DNA of 64,000 bases from the human T2T-CHM13v2.0 reference genome, Homo sapiens. The stretch lies in assembly GCF_009914755.1 (NCBI RefSeq), contig NC_060931.1; one strand, 5' to 3'. Shown here piece after piece: positions 47,390-60,790 of the stretch; position 1 is the stretch's first letter, and the number at the start of each line of letters is the position of its first letter. Position numbers and translations under genes: made by a program. Below the pieces are notes generated by a model. That model worked only from the letters and a program-made list of their open reading frames with translations, had not been told where the DNA came from and did no database searches.

Positions 47390-47644
47390 TTAGGTTGGTG
47401 CAAGAGTAATTATGGTTTTTGCCATTAAAAGTAATTTGTCTACTCTGAACATTTCACATAAATACTTTATCATTTAATTCAGTCCAGTATTTCCAACTTT
47501 AGAGACTGTATTAGTCTGTTTTCACACTGCTGATTAAGATATACCTGAGACTGGGTAATTTATAAAGAAAAGGAGTCTTAATGGAATCAGTTTCACAGTT
47601 TCACTCTAAATGGCAAAAACTGTAATTACTTTTGTACCAAACTA
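47390..47644. mobile_element. MADE1 (Hsmar1 MITE) with a ~170-bp captured insert, inside an L1MB 3' end (about 47200-47720)
   Basis: TTAGGTTGGTGCAAGAGTAATT and AATTACTTTTGTACCAAACTA inverted repeats; TA TSD. Confidence 0.88.
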
Positions 47645-48670
47645 TACTAAAACCATTTAATTGTATACTACAAAAGAGAATGATATGGTTTGTGAATCAT
47701 ATGTCAAAGAAATTAAAATGGCATTTATGGTTAATAATCTGGGAATAGAAGAAAAACTTATGAAGAACAGAAGGAAATGAGCACAGTAAGAATTTTTATT
47801 TTGCACGGGTGAAATTCTAGCTGCATTCTCATTAACTCATGCATTAAAAAATAAAAGTAGAAGTGTATTATCTTCATTATTATTTAGCATTGCTTTAGAT
47901 ATTCAGACTAAAATATATATTGTAAACATTCTAACATAACGTATAAATTATCTGAATACTGGGAAAGTGAAGACAATGCTATTAATATATTTGGTGTAGA
48001 TAATTTGATTGCATATATAGGACGCAGAGGATTCAAAATGAAAACAATTAGATTTGAAATCATTCAGTGAGGGGCTGGATAAGAAAGAATTGTTAAAAAT
48101 AATAGTTTTCCTATGTACTATCAAGAAACAAATATAACCTACTATGAAAAATGTAGCTCATTAACAATAATAATCTAAATTATAAAATACTTAGGAGTTA
48201 TATCCATGAGATATGTTCAAAGATAAAGATATAAGTCTCAGAGAGTACATACTGTAGGAAATTGAATGAAAACAACTTCTAAAGAAATACAAATTACTAA
48301 TAGACATATAAAAATATTCAAATATACTAGTACTAAAAGAAATTAAAAAGTAAATAACAATAAGATAGGACTGGCTAATATTAACAAGTCTAATAATAGC
48401 TAGTGTTTAAATGGTAGCTGGGAAATGGGACTTTTTGTTCATAGGCTCATGACTGGGATAGAAATTTCCGTTGTTTCTGAATGACAAGTTGCCGGTATCT
48501 GTCAAAAGCCTTAAAAATGTGTGTAAATTTTGACCCTGTAATCACTGTTTTCAGAATGTATCCCAAGGAAATAATTGCACAAATACTCAGACATGTAGAG
48601 ACTGCTTTGCAGTATTTTTTCTAAAGGTAAAAATTTTAAACAATATTAAGTAGCATAAATGAGTTACAGC

Positions 48671-49321
48671 TGCAGCGACAATATTTTCCAAAACTAGCCA
48701 TCACAGTATTTTCAGTCTCATATGCGCAACCTCAACCTTACCACACTCCCATTTAGAGTTTGAGTCTATTTTTCTTCCCCTTGAACCCAGGCAAGACTTT
48801 GTGACTCCCTCAATGAATAGACTATAATGAAAGTGACGTAGGGTGATTTTAAAGTTCATCAAAAAAGGCAACATGACTTCCACTTGGCTCTCTCTTTATT
48901 GGGGTATTTCTCCTTTGAAACCCAGCTACCATGTTTAAGAAGGCCCAGGTGATGTGGCAAGGTCACAAGGAAGTGTTGTAACAGACATCCCTAGCTTAGG
49001 TTCCTGCTAATAGCTAGCATCTGCTAGTAATACGAGAGATTTCAGATGATTTCAGCCTCCATTCTATTTTTTTTTAAAAGTTTTTAAGGCTACAAGAGAA
49101 GCACTAGGGTTCCACTAGAGAAAAGGGAAGATGGGGAGTATGTTGCCACTGTAGATTTCACAACTGATTCAAGCCTCCACTCTTTAAGCCACTACAGCTA
49201 GTTTAATAGAACAGAGACAAGTTGCTGAGTCTGCAAAATTGCAGAATTATGAGCAAAATAAATGTTGTTAAGTCACTATATTTTGTAGTGGTTTATTACA
49301 CAGCCATAGTAAATGAAATAA
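48671..49321 (+). mobile_element. MLT1E/F/G-class LTR
   Basis: GAGTCTATTTTTCTTCCCCTTGAACC and TTAAGTCACTATATTTTGTAGTGGTTT motifs. Confidence 0.6.
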
Positions 49322-49739
49322 TAACACATGTAAAAATGAAATTCTTGAGGCAATTTTAAATGAAAATATATACTAATATTTTTATAGCATTTACAGAAAA
49401 TGACAAGTACATAAGAGTATAAATAATTACATTCCATGTATGTGTGCACAAAAATACACATAAATACCCAACAGCCATTGTGTGTATGCACAGAAAAACA
49501 TACTGATAAGTATATATCAAAATGTTAAGAGTGGTTATCTTCAAATGTTGGGAATATAACGACGATTTATACTTAATTTTTATGCTTGCTCATCTTGCTT
49601 ATCTTGCCATATTTTCTAACTTTTCTGCAAGTGGACATTGGTCATTTGTTTAATAGAGACTAAATAAATTTGGACTTAAATTAAAAATCAACTGCTGAAG
49701 CACAAAATATAGAGGAACCTAGCTCAACAGTTGTTCATA

Positions 49740-50300
49740 AAAAAAGACAGGTGTTTTTTGATTGCAAGTTCAAAACCAGCCAATAGCATGCTGTAACTGC
49801 CAAAATGTTAATGCAAACTTAGGTAGCAGTTAAAGAATTTAATTGTCCAGAGGACCAGAGGCAAAGTTCTCCTGTATGACACATTGAGTAGATCACACTT
49901 TGAGGCACCAACTTTTAAGAAGGACAGCAACTGGCTTTCTTCCAGGAGGCTGCCCAGGATAGTGGTAAGGTCTGTAATGGAGTTATCAAAAAACAATGGA
50001 AAAAACAGAGAATTCTGTTGGAAAAGAAAAAATCTAACAGAGAGAGACATGGAAACGTGGGTTAGTTTTCATCTGCATAATTTCAGAGAGTAAGAGTTAA
50101 ACGGTAAATGAAAACTTCAAAGAGACAGATTTGGCTTAGCCTAAGACTATACTTTCAATTAAATTGAGCTATTCAACAATTGGTAGAACAGCCACAGGGC
50201 ATAATGAGTCCTTGTCTCTGGTGTTCTTGAGATTCCCAAGTGTCAGGATGTTTAGGGAACAATGTGCTTCATGGGCAATTTAGCCAGGTATATTTAAAAT
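49740..50300 (+). mobile_element. CR1/L3 3' relic
   Basis: GCACCAACTTTTAAGAAGGAC and GAGACAGATTTGGCTTAG CR1-like motifs. Confidence 0.6.
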
Positions 50301-52229
50301 CCTGTTCCTGCCAAAATCTACAAAAGTCTCTATGATAGGATCAGAGTTACAACAGTATACTATCTGGGTAGTGCTCTGTAAAGTCTCTCTTTAGCACACC
50401 TTTCCCTAAGAGCCTGATTTTCTGAATTCCCAGTCTTTGCTAATTAGCACAGATGAGCTAAGGTTGGCGGTGATTTTCTGAAAATTAAAGACTCATATTT
50501 CTGAAGATGATGTGTATCTTAATTAAGTCTCCTCATTAAAACTCCCTAGCTTTAGTTGTCAGTGTCTGTCTTTACACAGCACATAGTAGACTCTTGCCCA
50601 TTTCTTATGTAGTTTGATTAATGTAGACAGCTCGTCTTAGTTATTTTAGCCCCACAAAGGGAATTCTTAGGCCTTGTGGTCCAAATGGACTGAATGAAGA
50701 TCTGCTTCTTAAGTATTTCTTTAAAGTGGGCTTCCTGACATACCTGAAACTCTGTTTGGATGTTAATATGGGGTTTTATCAAGTTGTTTGAAGGAAAAAG
50801 ATACACTTTTATCTTTTTCTACTAACAGTTATTAGGAACTGATTTAAACATAGCATTTGGATGAAAAATGACATCCTCTGTGAGTTTTGTTGGGACCCAT
50901 CTAATCTTCCTACCATGCAAATCCTCACCTCTGGTTTTGCCCTCTCTTCAGATATAGCTAGCATGTATGGATTTCAGGTAGGGCTCGCATTCACTATGAA
51001 ACTTACCACTTTACTAAGACATAGGCACAGATCTCTAAACCAATGATAGCTGAGCCAATTGGTCCTGTACCTCTCTTTCCACTTCCTTTTGGTCTTATAA
51101 ACAAATAGAATGACTCTAGAGGTGTTATGGAATTAACAGCACACTCCCGTAAAATATATAGTCCTATTACTTTGACTTTTATCTAGATACCTTCAAATAT
51201 CTGGACCAGAAGACAATCTTATGGTATCTAGAAAATGATTAAATTTGATTTTTAAACTGTACCTAAAATAAATTTAGATAATTCTTAACACTATAATTGA
51301 ATATAAATCTTATCTAATAGTGGGAGAGAAACTCTGTGTCTAATACTCAGGAGAAAATAAAGATAATAGATATTTAAATGTTTTATTTCTTGGAAACAAT
51401 GTATATCTAACAAAACAAAGCATTTGCTGTTGAAATTTAAAACGAAAAATTCTCATTTAAAATATATAAGATCAGAAGCAAAGAAAAATAAGAGGTGTAT
51501 TATATATATATATATTACATCTGCCATTTACTGCCAATTGAGGCATAAATCACATTTATATAAAATTATTTTAAATTAAGGATAATGCATACAGCTAACT
51601 TTTGCTACACTGGTTGTGAAAAAACTCAAATACTTGGCAAATTGGTGAAATGTTCTTTTTCTTGCAGGAAGATTCATATAATGTTATGTGGGAGAGGAAG
51701 AGTTGCATTGTTTCCTCTTTGCCCCCTTGAATGAGATCCAGTCAATTGAATTTATCAGTTAATTCCTGCTAGAGATTTTTGTTCACATGGTTGGCAGCCC
51801 CTGAGTGCTATTACTTTTTATTGATTTAGCAGCAAATATATGTTCATCTTATTGACAAATCTGAATAAGATATGGAAACAAAAATGAACAACTAAAATCT
51901 CCCTAAAAATATAATGAAAATTCACACTTTAGCTTAATAATGTTAAGTATAAAGGATTAGAAAATGAATGTATTATGGAACATGATGTTTCTTTCACTTT
52001 CAAGTGGAAGCATATATTTAAACATGTAGGTATTTGAATATTATATACTCACCTGCATTGTGGATTGATGATTGGTTTTGGGAGAATCCAAAAGTTAGAG
52101 GTCAAATTTGTAGTTATTACTAAGCATAGGTTGAGAAACCATGAGCATGTTTTCAGATCCTGTCACCTTTTCCTCCTTTGCTCTACCTCTAGTCATCATA
52201 TTCCATGGTACGTTGTAGCAATGGTTGAC

Positions 52230-52440
52230 CTTTATGGGCTTTGGAGGATGACAACCTGGTTCCAATCTCAGTTCTGTCTCTTATCTGCTGTGTGACTTTG
52301 GACAAGTTACTTAACATTCCAGATTCTTTATCTTTAAAGTGGGGCTAACATTGCTACCTCATAGTTTTCTGAGGATTTAATAGATGAATGCAACTAAAGT
52401 GCTTAGTGAAAGGCCTGGCACCTAGTGGAGGATTTGATAA
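52230..52440 (+). mobile_element. MIR
   Basis: GCTGTGTGACTTTGGACAAGTTACTTAAC core. Confidence 0.75.
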
Positions 52441-52861
52441 TCATAGTTGTTGCCACCATTACTACTTTAATAGTGTTTGGTGCACACAAAGGAAAGAAGA
52501 AGCAAGAGCAAATCTTGCTCTTTGCACAGATTTTGCTCTCCATTAGTTTATGTCTGATTGAGCAGGAATTTTCTTTTCCATGTATTCTGTAGTTGCTATT
52601 GTTCATTTTTATACATTTCAGCCTTCTTTTCAAGAGAATAATGTACCAGTTTTGAAGATTCACTACATAAAAGTGGCATCTGTCAGCTATATCCCTAAGA
52701 AACTGTTCTAATTTACAGGAAGCAGGTGTTTGACTACAAGAATGTCTTTAGTCAGTGATGCGAATTTTTTTTTCTAGTAAAAGTGTTTCAGAGAAACCAA
52801 AATAATAATTTCTTTCTTCTTAGAAAATAATCTATACATTATAGTTTCTTTCTTTTACAAA

Positions 52862-53715
52862 GTTTTTTATCTTTATTTTATTTCAATAGCTTTTGGGGTG
52901 CAGGTGGTTTTTGGTTACATGGATAAGTTCTGTAGTAGTGATTTCTGAGTTTTTGGTGCACCCGTCACCCAAGCAATGTACACCGTATCCAATGCGTAGT
53001 CTTATCCCTGACCCCTTTCCCACTCTTCCCCACAAGTACTGAAAGCCTGTACATCCTCATGGCTTAGCTCCCACTTATAAGTGAGAACACACAATGTTTG
53101 GTTTTCCATTCCTGAGTTACTTCACTTAGAATAATGTCCTCCAGCTCCAAGTTGCTGCAAAGGCCATTATTACATTCTGTTTTATGGCTCTGTAGTATTC
53201 TATGGTGTATACATACCACATTTTTTAATCCACTTGTTGGTTGATGAGCATTTAGGTTGGTTTCATATGTTTGTAATCACAAATTCTGCTGCTATGAACA
53301 TGCTTGTGCATGTGGCTTTTTCATGTAATGACTTCTTTTTCTTTGGGTAGATACCCAGTAGTGGCATTGCTGGATCGAATGGTAGTTCTACATTTAGTTC
53401 TTTAAGGAATTTCCATACTGTTTTCAATCGTGATTGTACTAATTTACAATCCCACCAGCAGTGTAAAAGTGTTCCTTTTTCAGCACATCTGCACCAACAT
53501 CTATTATCTTTTGATTTTTTAATTATGGCCATTCTTGCAGGAGTAAGGTGGTATCTCATTTTGGTTTTAATTTGCATTTCCTTGATAATTAGTGATGCTG
53601 AGCAGTTTTTCATATGTTTGTTGGCTGTTTGTATATCTTTGCTTGAGAATTGGCTATTCATGTCCTTTGCCCACTTTTTGATGGGGTTCTTTGGTTTTTT
53701 CTTGCTTCTTTGTTT
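52862..53715 (-). mobile_element. L1PB 3' end
   Basis: TTTCAATAGCTTTTGGGGTGCAGGTGGTTTTTGGTTACATGG; ORF2 C-terminal peptide. Confidence 0.85.
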
Positions 53716-53851
53716 AGGTTCCTTAATGTCATTTGGAGAAAGATTAAATAAAAGATTTAGGTTCAAATATAAACTTGTTGATAATATCTGTGTGTCCCCA
53801 ACTTAATAACTCAGCAAGATACTTTCAAGAGCTTTTAAAAATAAAGATTCC

Positions 53852-54215
<364 letters not shown>

Positions 54216-54939
54216 TTACAACTTGGTCCATTGAGATTTGACTGGGTGCAGGGAGAGGTGAAGACCTGGTTACCATGTGGACTAGTGGACAGCTTATATT
54301 TTGAGCCAAAGGAGGCAGGTGAAAATGCCAGAAGAGCACTGAAGTTAAGAACTTGTGACGTCATAAGATCCCTGGACTTGGCACATCCTTCCCATTTAAG
54401 TGATGCTCCGAGTTCCATCTGAACTGCTTTTAATTTCCTTAGGAAAAAATGGGCAAAGCTACACAGAACTAATTAATGGTCCATTTGTGATGAAAAATTT
54501 TGCAACTGTGATCAACATGTCCCTTCCAAAGATAAGAATCCATGAGCTATGAGAGTATCTGCCTGCAGAGGCAGCGTGAGAGACTGGGGCAAAAGATCAA
54601 GAACAGGCAAATACCTTCTGTTTGACCAGTATTGTGAGTAAATAGGCCTGATTGAAATATCTGGCTTTAAAGGTACCTACTGCATTTTGAGAATGTGGAT
54701 GACTTAGGGAGGGTTTACAGGATTATTTTATTAACAACGCAGAGGGTTCATTTTATATAACCTTTTTAGCATTTTGAGGTCCTGTTCTGGCTTTCAAAGA
54801 TGTTTTCATAATTCTAAGACCTGTATTTGAAGTCACAGGGCAGTAGCATAGCCTTTGTTTTGTGGTATTTGGAAAGAAACTGTACTTCTTTTAGATTTCC
54901 AAGTTTCAGAAAATGAAGGCTGATTATATATTCTAGTGT

Positions 54940-55434
54940 GCCTAGAGTTTTGGATTGCAAAAATAGTTACAATACTTTTCAGTAACTCTCATCAAATGGT
55001 GGAGTCTAGTTCTCCACTCTTTAAATCTGGGACTGACCTTATAACTTTCCTTAATACATCAAATATAGTAAAAATGATGAGGTACAAGATGTACGAGTTA
55101 TGAGCCCAGGCTTCAAGAGGTCTTAGGTTCAACTTTTGTTGCCTGTAGAATGCTATGGCTATCATGTGGAAGAGACAGCCCAGTGGATAATAAGACAAGC
55201 TGCACATTAGCTGACAACTGCCAGAGCTGCGAGCCTAGAATGATTCAGGAGCTATCTTAGATCATTCAGCCACCAACTGGCCTACATTCTGTCTATGAGC
55301 CCACAGAAAATCAGCCAAGCAGGCCCAAGCCGCAAAATCCTCCTAAGCGACCCATAGAATCATGAAAATAAAAAAAAATTATTGTTGTTTAAATCCAATG
55401 GCTAGTATGCTATGTAGCAAAAGCCATCTGATAT
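54940..55434 (+). mobile_element. MLT1F-like LTR
   Basis: GGTGGAGTCTAGTTCTCCACTCTTTAAATCTGGG start region, GTAGCAAAAGCCATCTGATA end. Confidence 0.6.
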
Positions 55435-55501
55435 GCCTGGGACAGTCTTAGCTTACACCTGTTGTCATAGAGTAATTATTGGCATTGCATCTTTTTAACA
55501 A

Positions 55502-55797
55502 TTTTTCATTTTTTTTTAAGTTCTGGGGTACATGTGCAGGTTGTGCAGGTTTGTTACATAGGTAAATGTGTGCCATGGTGGTTTGCGCACATATCAACCC
55601 ATCACCTAGGTATTAAGCCCAGCATGCATTAGCTACTTTTTCTAATGCTCTCCTTCCCCCTGCCCACCTCCCACAAGCCCCAGTGTGTGATGTTCCCCTC
55701 CCTGTGTCCATGTGTTCTCATTGTTCAGCTCCCACGTACAAGTGAGAACATGCGGTGTTTGGTTTTCTGCTTCTGTGTTAGATTGCTGAGGATAGTG
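55502..55797 (-). mobile_element. Short L1PA 3' end
   Basis: L1PA 3'UTR with T tail. Confidence 0.8.
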
Positions 55798-57409
55798 GAT
55801 AATACATCCTTTTATTCTCAAACTATCTTTGTTTGAGTACGTTGTATAGTCAACTTCAGTAAGTAATACCACCATTTACTCATTTGCCAAACAAGTATTT
55901 CTTTTGTGAGTTGGATTGAGCAGAAGGCAAAATAACAGTGGCTCATCCTACTACAAGTCTTGTCTTACGTCGTTTTTTATTTTGTTTTTCAGATTTCACC
56001 TTTTTAAAAAAACTCCTTTTGAAATAGACAAATAGACTAATTCTTTCTTACAGGAGTTTTTCTGACAAGTGAAACAGTATCTTAGAATGATATCTCATAA
56101 TACCACCTCAGAGTAGCTTTGAAAATGATGAGATTTGCTCCCTATTTGATGTTGAATGATTACAAGACTTGAATTATGGGGATCAAAAAGTCAGTGCTGT
56201 TTTCAAAGAAATACTTTTGAGTAGCAGTACCTGTGGAAAAAAAAAGCACAATGCAATTATTCTATTAATAAAGTGACCAGCACACAGTCGTATATTACAG
56301 TAGAAGCACATTTCACAATTGCTTTCTAAAGTAAATCAATATGTAAAATAATTCAAATAAAATGATACAAGCTACACTTTGTTTTGTAATATATTTTTCT
56401 CCAAAGGCATAGATATAAAATTTATAAAATACGTATTTTGATGTTTATAAATTATCCGAAATACTTTCTTTGCTAAGCAGGGCTAGCCATGTGCAACACT
56501 GTGATATTGACAATTTAGGCCTTGGCTTTCTTCCCTTTATTTGGCATTCCTTGCCAAGTGGAACAAAACACACATTTCAGGGTAGGTAGGATTTGCTCTG
56601 TCTCTTCTTTCAACTGACAATATGACATACGCACATAGTAAACCTTTCAAACAGTACAAAGATAAACATTTATAGTAAAATATTAATTCTCCTCTCACTG
56701 TAAATTCTAAGTCCTGCAGTCCTCTCGGGAAGTAGCCTCTGCTGAGCTTCTTTTACATGCCTTTTCTATGCATATGAATATATATTTTAAATACATATAG
56801 ATGGTATGTATCTTAAACATCAAAAAGAATCTCTTCTCACCCCTTTCTTTGCGGAAGCACCATGGCGACTGGGACCCTGTACACATATCCTGAAAACTGG
56901 AGGGCTTTCAAGGCCCTCATTGCTGCTCAGTACAGCGGGGCTCAGGTTCATGTGCTGTCCGCACCACCCCACTTGCACTTTGGCTAAATCAACTGCACGC
57001 CTGAATTTCTCCGCAAATTTCCTGCTGGCAAGTTTCCAGCATTTGAGGGTGACAGTGGGTTCTGTGTGTTTGACAGCAATGCCATATGTGAGCAATGAGG
57101 AGCTGTGGGGAAGTACACCCGAAGCAGCAGCCTAGGTGGCGCAGTGGGTGAGCTTTGCTGATAGTGGTAGAGTGCCCCCAGCCAGTGCCTGGGTGTTCCG
57201 CATCATGGGCATCATGCACCACAACAAGCAGGCCATTCAGAATGCAAAGGAGGAAATGAGGCGAATTCTGGGGCTGCTGGACGCTTACTTGAAGATGAGG
57301 ACTTTTCTGGTGGGCGAATGAGTGACTGGCTGTTATCAGAGTCGTCTGCACCCTGTTGTGGCTCTATAAGCAGGTCATAGAACCTTCTTTCCACCAAGCC
57401 TTTCCCAAT

Positions 57410-57630
57410 TTTGTAATATATTTTATTGTATTTATAATATATATCATTATTATAATATATAATTTATATATAAAATATATGTTATTATATATCTATATAT
57501 AATTTATATATAAAATATACGTTATATCTATATATAATGTATATATTATATATAGTATGTAAACTATTTTGTAATATATTGTAAAATATTAAAGTAATAT
57601 AATATATAATATATTTATTATATATATTAT
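57410..57630. repeat. 221-bp AT-rich low-complexity insert in the EEF1G pseudogene
   Basis: Interrupts ...TTTCCCAAT / AACC.CTGG...; internal 24-bp direct repeat at 57456 and 57496. Confidence 0.9.
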
Positions 57631-57947
57631 AACCTCTGGTTCCTCACCTGCATTAACCAGTCTCAGTTCTGGGCTGTCTTGGGGGAAGTGAAACTGTGTG
57701 AGAAGATGGCCCAGTTTGATGCTAAAAAGTTTGCCGAGTGCCAACCTAAAAAGGACACCCTGTGGAAAACGCAGGGTTCACAGGAAGAGCAGCAGAGCCC
57801 CAGGCTGAGTGGAAGGAGGAGAAAAAGGCAGCTGCCCCTGCTCCAGAGGAGGAGATGGATGAATGTAAGCAGGCGCTGGCCGCTGAGCCTAAGGCCAAGG
57901 ATCCCTCCGATCACCTGCCCAAGAGTACCTTTGTGTTGGGTGAATTT

Positions 57948-58259
57948 TTATTTTATATTGATTGATTGATTGATTGAGGCGGAGTCTCACTCTGTCGCCC
58001 AGGCGGGAGTACAGTGAGTGGTGTGATCTCGGCTCAAGGCAACCTCCACCTCCCCGGTTCAAGCGATTCTCCTGCCTCAGCCTCCTGAGTAGCTGGGATT
58101 ACAGTTGCCCACCACTACGCCCAGCGAATGTTTTGTATTTTTAGTAGAGATGGGGTTTCACCATATTGGTCAGGCTGGTCTCGAACTCCTGACCTTGTGA
58201 TTCACCAGCCTTGGCCTCCCAAAGTGCTGGGATTACAGGTGTGAGCCGCCACACCCGGC
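57948..58259 (-). mobile_element. AluSg-like element inside the EEF1G pseudogene
   Basis: 16-bp TSD TGTGTTGG(G/A)TGAATTT at 57932-57947 and 58260-58275. Confidence 0.92.
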
Positions 58260-59058
58260 TGTGTTGGATGAATTTAAGCGGCAAGGACTCCAACAAGGAC
58301 ACACTCCTTGTGGCACTGCCATATTTCTGGGGGCACTTTGATGAGGATGGCTGGTCCCTGTGATACTCAGAGTATCGCATCCCTGAAGAACTCACTCAGA
58401 TCTCCATGAGCTGCAATCTCATCACTGGAATGTTCCAGCGACTGGACAAGTTGAGGAAGAATGCCTTCACCAGTGTCATCCTCTTTGGAACCAACAGTAG
58501 CAGCTCCATTTCTAGAGCCTGGGTCTTCTGAGGCCAGGAGCTTGCCTTTCTGCTGAGTCCAAATTGGCAGGTGGACTATGAATCATACACATGGCGGAAA
58601 CTGGATACTGGCAGTGAGGAGACGTAGATGCTGGTTCGAGAGTACTTTTCCTGGGAGGGGGCCTTCCAGCATGTTGGCCAAACCTCCAATCGGGGCAAGA
58701 TCTTCAAGTGAACGTCTCTTGCCAACGCCTACCTGCTTGCACCTGCCCCTTCAGGGAGACGGGGGTCATTAAAGGATACTGAACATTGAAAAAAAACGAG
58801 TCTCTTCTCTCCCACATGGCTTCCTTCCTTTGGACAACTTTCTTAATCTCTGCTTGTTTCAGGTGCCTCATCGATATAAAATTAACATCACAATTAATTT
58901 GGAATTAATTTGTATTTTTAATAAAGCTCCTGGAAAGGTATCTGACACAAAACGGAGCACTTTGTGTTAGCTATTATTGTTATTTACACTTTTGCCCAAG
59001 ATCTTGCATTGATAATGGACATAATTACACTTGGAATCCAAATTATTCCAAATTTTTA

Positions 59059-59294
<236 letters not shown>

Positions 59295-60589
59295 ACAGAC
59301 TGTAAAACACTTCATGAATACCCAGATTTGTGCTAAATTCAAAATAGGATTAAAAAATCCTTTAAGCATATGCTTAGACTATATAGCGTATTCACTACAG
59401 AGCAAAATGTACCTTTCCTTAGATACTTTTGCTTTAATTATAAATAGCAGAAGAAAATAAAGAAAAACACATAGGCTTTTTGTGGATTTCTTTGAATTTG
59501 TCCATTTGCTAATTTATTCATTCACTGTTCACTTCATCTGTATCTGACACAGACCTACATGAAAAAGAGGCAAATAAAATAGGCACAGTCTTTATTATCA
59601 TGGAATTTGCAGGATGGCGGAGAAGACACTCCATAGTGAAATAATTATATATATGATATTGAAACAAAAGGTGAAATGCAAGGGGCGTATGAGAAACGTC
59701 TGTTCATGTCCTTTGCTCACTTTTTAATGGGGTTACTTGCTTATTGTTCATTGATTTGTTGAGTAAAATTTTCCATTTTCTTATCTATTTCTTTAACATG
59801 ATCAGTTATTTTAAAGCTCCTATCTGGTGAAAAGTTATAGAGACTAGAGATGATGTTTTCTTCCTCCAGAGATAATCTAATTTTCTAGTAGGCAAGATCA
59901 CCTTTATCCATATATGAATTGAAATAATTTCAGAATTTTTAAGAACTATTTTAATTCCAGTTTGCCCCTACACTAGAGAACAGCCCTCTCAAGATCTTAA
60001 CTGAAGGCATTAAGTGTTTCCCATAGACCTCTTCCTACTTGGAGAATCCCAAATTCCAATTTTTATAACCCCAGAATTAAAAGAGTGTCAAAATCTCTGC
60101 ATAGTTTTTGAGTTTTTTTTTTTTTAAGGCATTGTTTTTTCTTATTTTCTTGACTTTCCCTCTTATGCCTGTTCAGATCAGTTGTCTGAAAATACCTCCA
60201 GAGGAAATTGTATTAGTATGTTACACTCACTTCTTTGTGGTTCCCATTACTTCAGATCTTGGTCTCTCAGATAATGACTGCCTTGGCAGCCTTGTTAACA
60301 AATAGCTTTCCAATTGACTATAAAGTTGAAAATACTCATGTAAAATTTTAATTTCTGTAACCTCACAGAATAGTCTCCAACTAAGCTCTCTTTAAACATT
60401 TATTATTCAAAGGGAAAATACTTTGTTAAATTAAGTAGCTATTTTATATTTACGGGCAGAACAAATGCATAATGTCTTAAAACTGAACTTTGGGATTGTC
60501 TTATCAAAAATAGTGTTAACAACTTTAAAAATAATATCAAGTCCTACCATAGTTTTTCTTATAGCAAATTTAATATTAGCTAATAATTA

Positions 60590-60790
60590 TTAGATGCCTG
60601 CTATATGCCAGGTATCATCCTGTATATTTCCCCTAGAATTCATCTTCCACTGAAGTACTATGTGCGATGTACTATTATTATTTTACAGAGAAGGAACAGA
60701 AGCGCAGATAACTTAAGACATTTGTCCAAGGTCACACAGTAAGTGACAGAACTAAGTTTTGGTTCTAATCCCAAGCTAGTTTACCACTTA
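60590..60790 (-). mobile_element. MIR
   Basis: ATTTTTACAGAGAAGGAACAGAAGCGCAGA...GTCCAAGGTCACACAG. Confidence 0.7.

Larger units (their letters stand above)
56839..58796 (+). pseudogene. EEF1G: Processed pseudogene of eukaryotic translation elongation factor 1 gamma (ATG 56862, TGA 58709-58711)
   Basis: Intronless [24 protein letters not shown]...GKIFK*; pyrimidine 5' leader, ATTAAA at 58768, poly(A), degenerate TSD AAAAAGAATCTCTTCTC/AAAAACGAGTCTCTTCTC; many stops and indels. Confidence 0.97.

Noticed and set aside
56806-58772. Functional EEF1G retrogene
   Set aside because: Many stops and deletions, an Alu and a 221-bp insert. Which numbered EEF1GP locus this is cannot be determined from the sequence alone.
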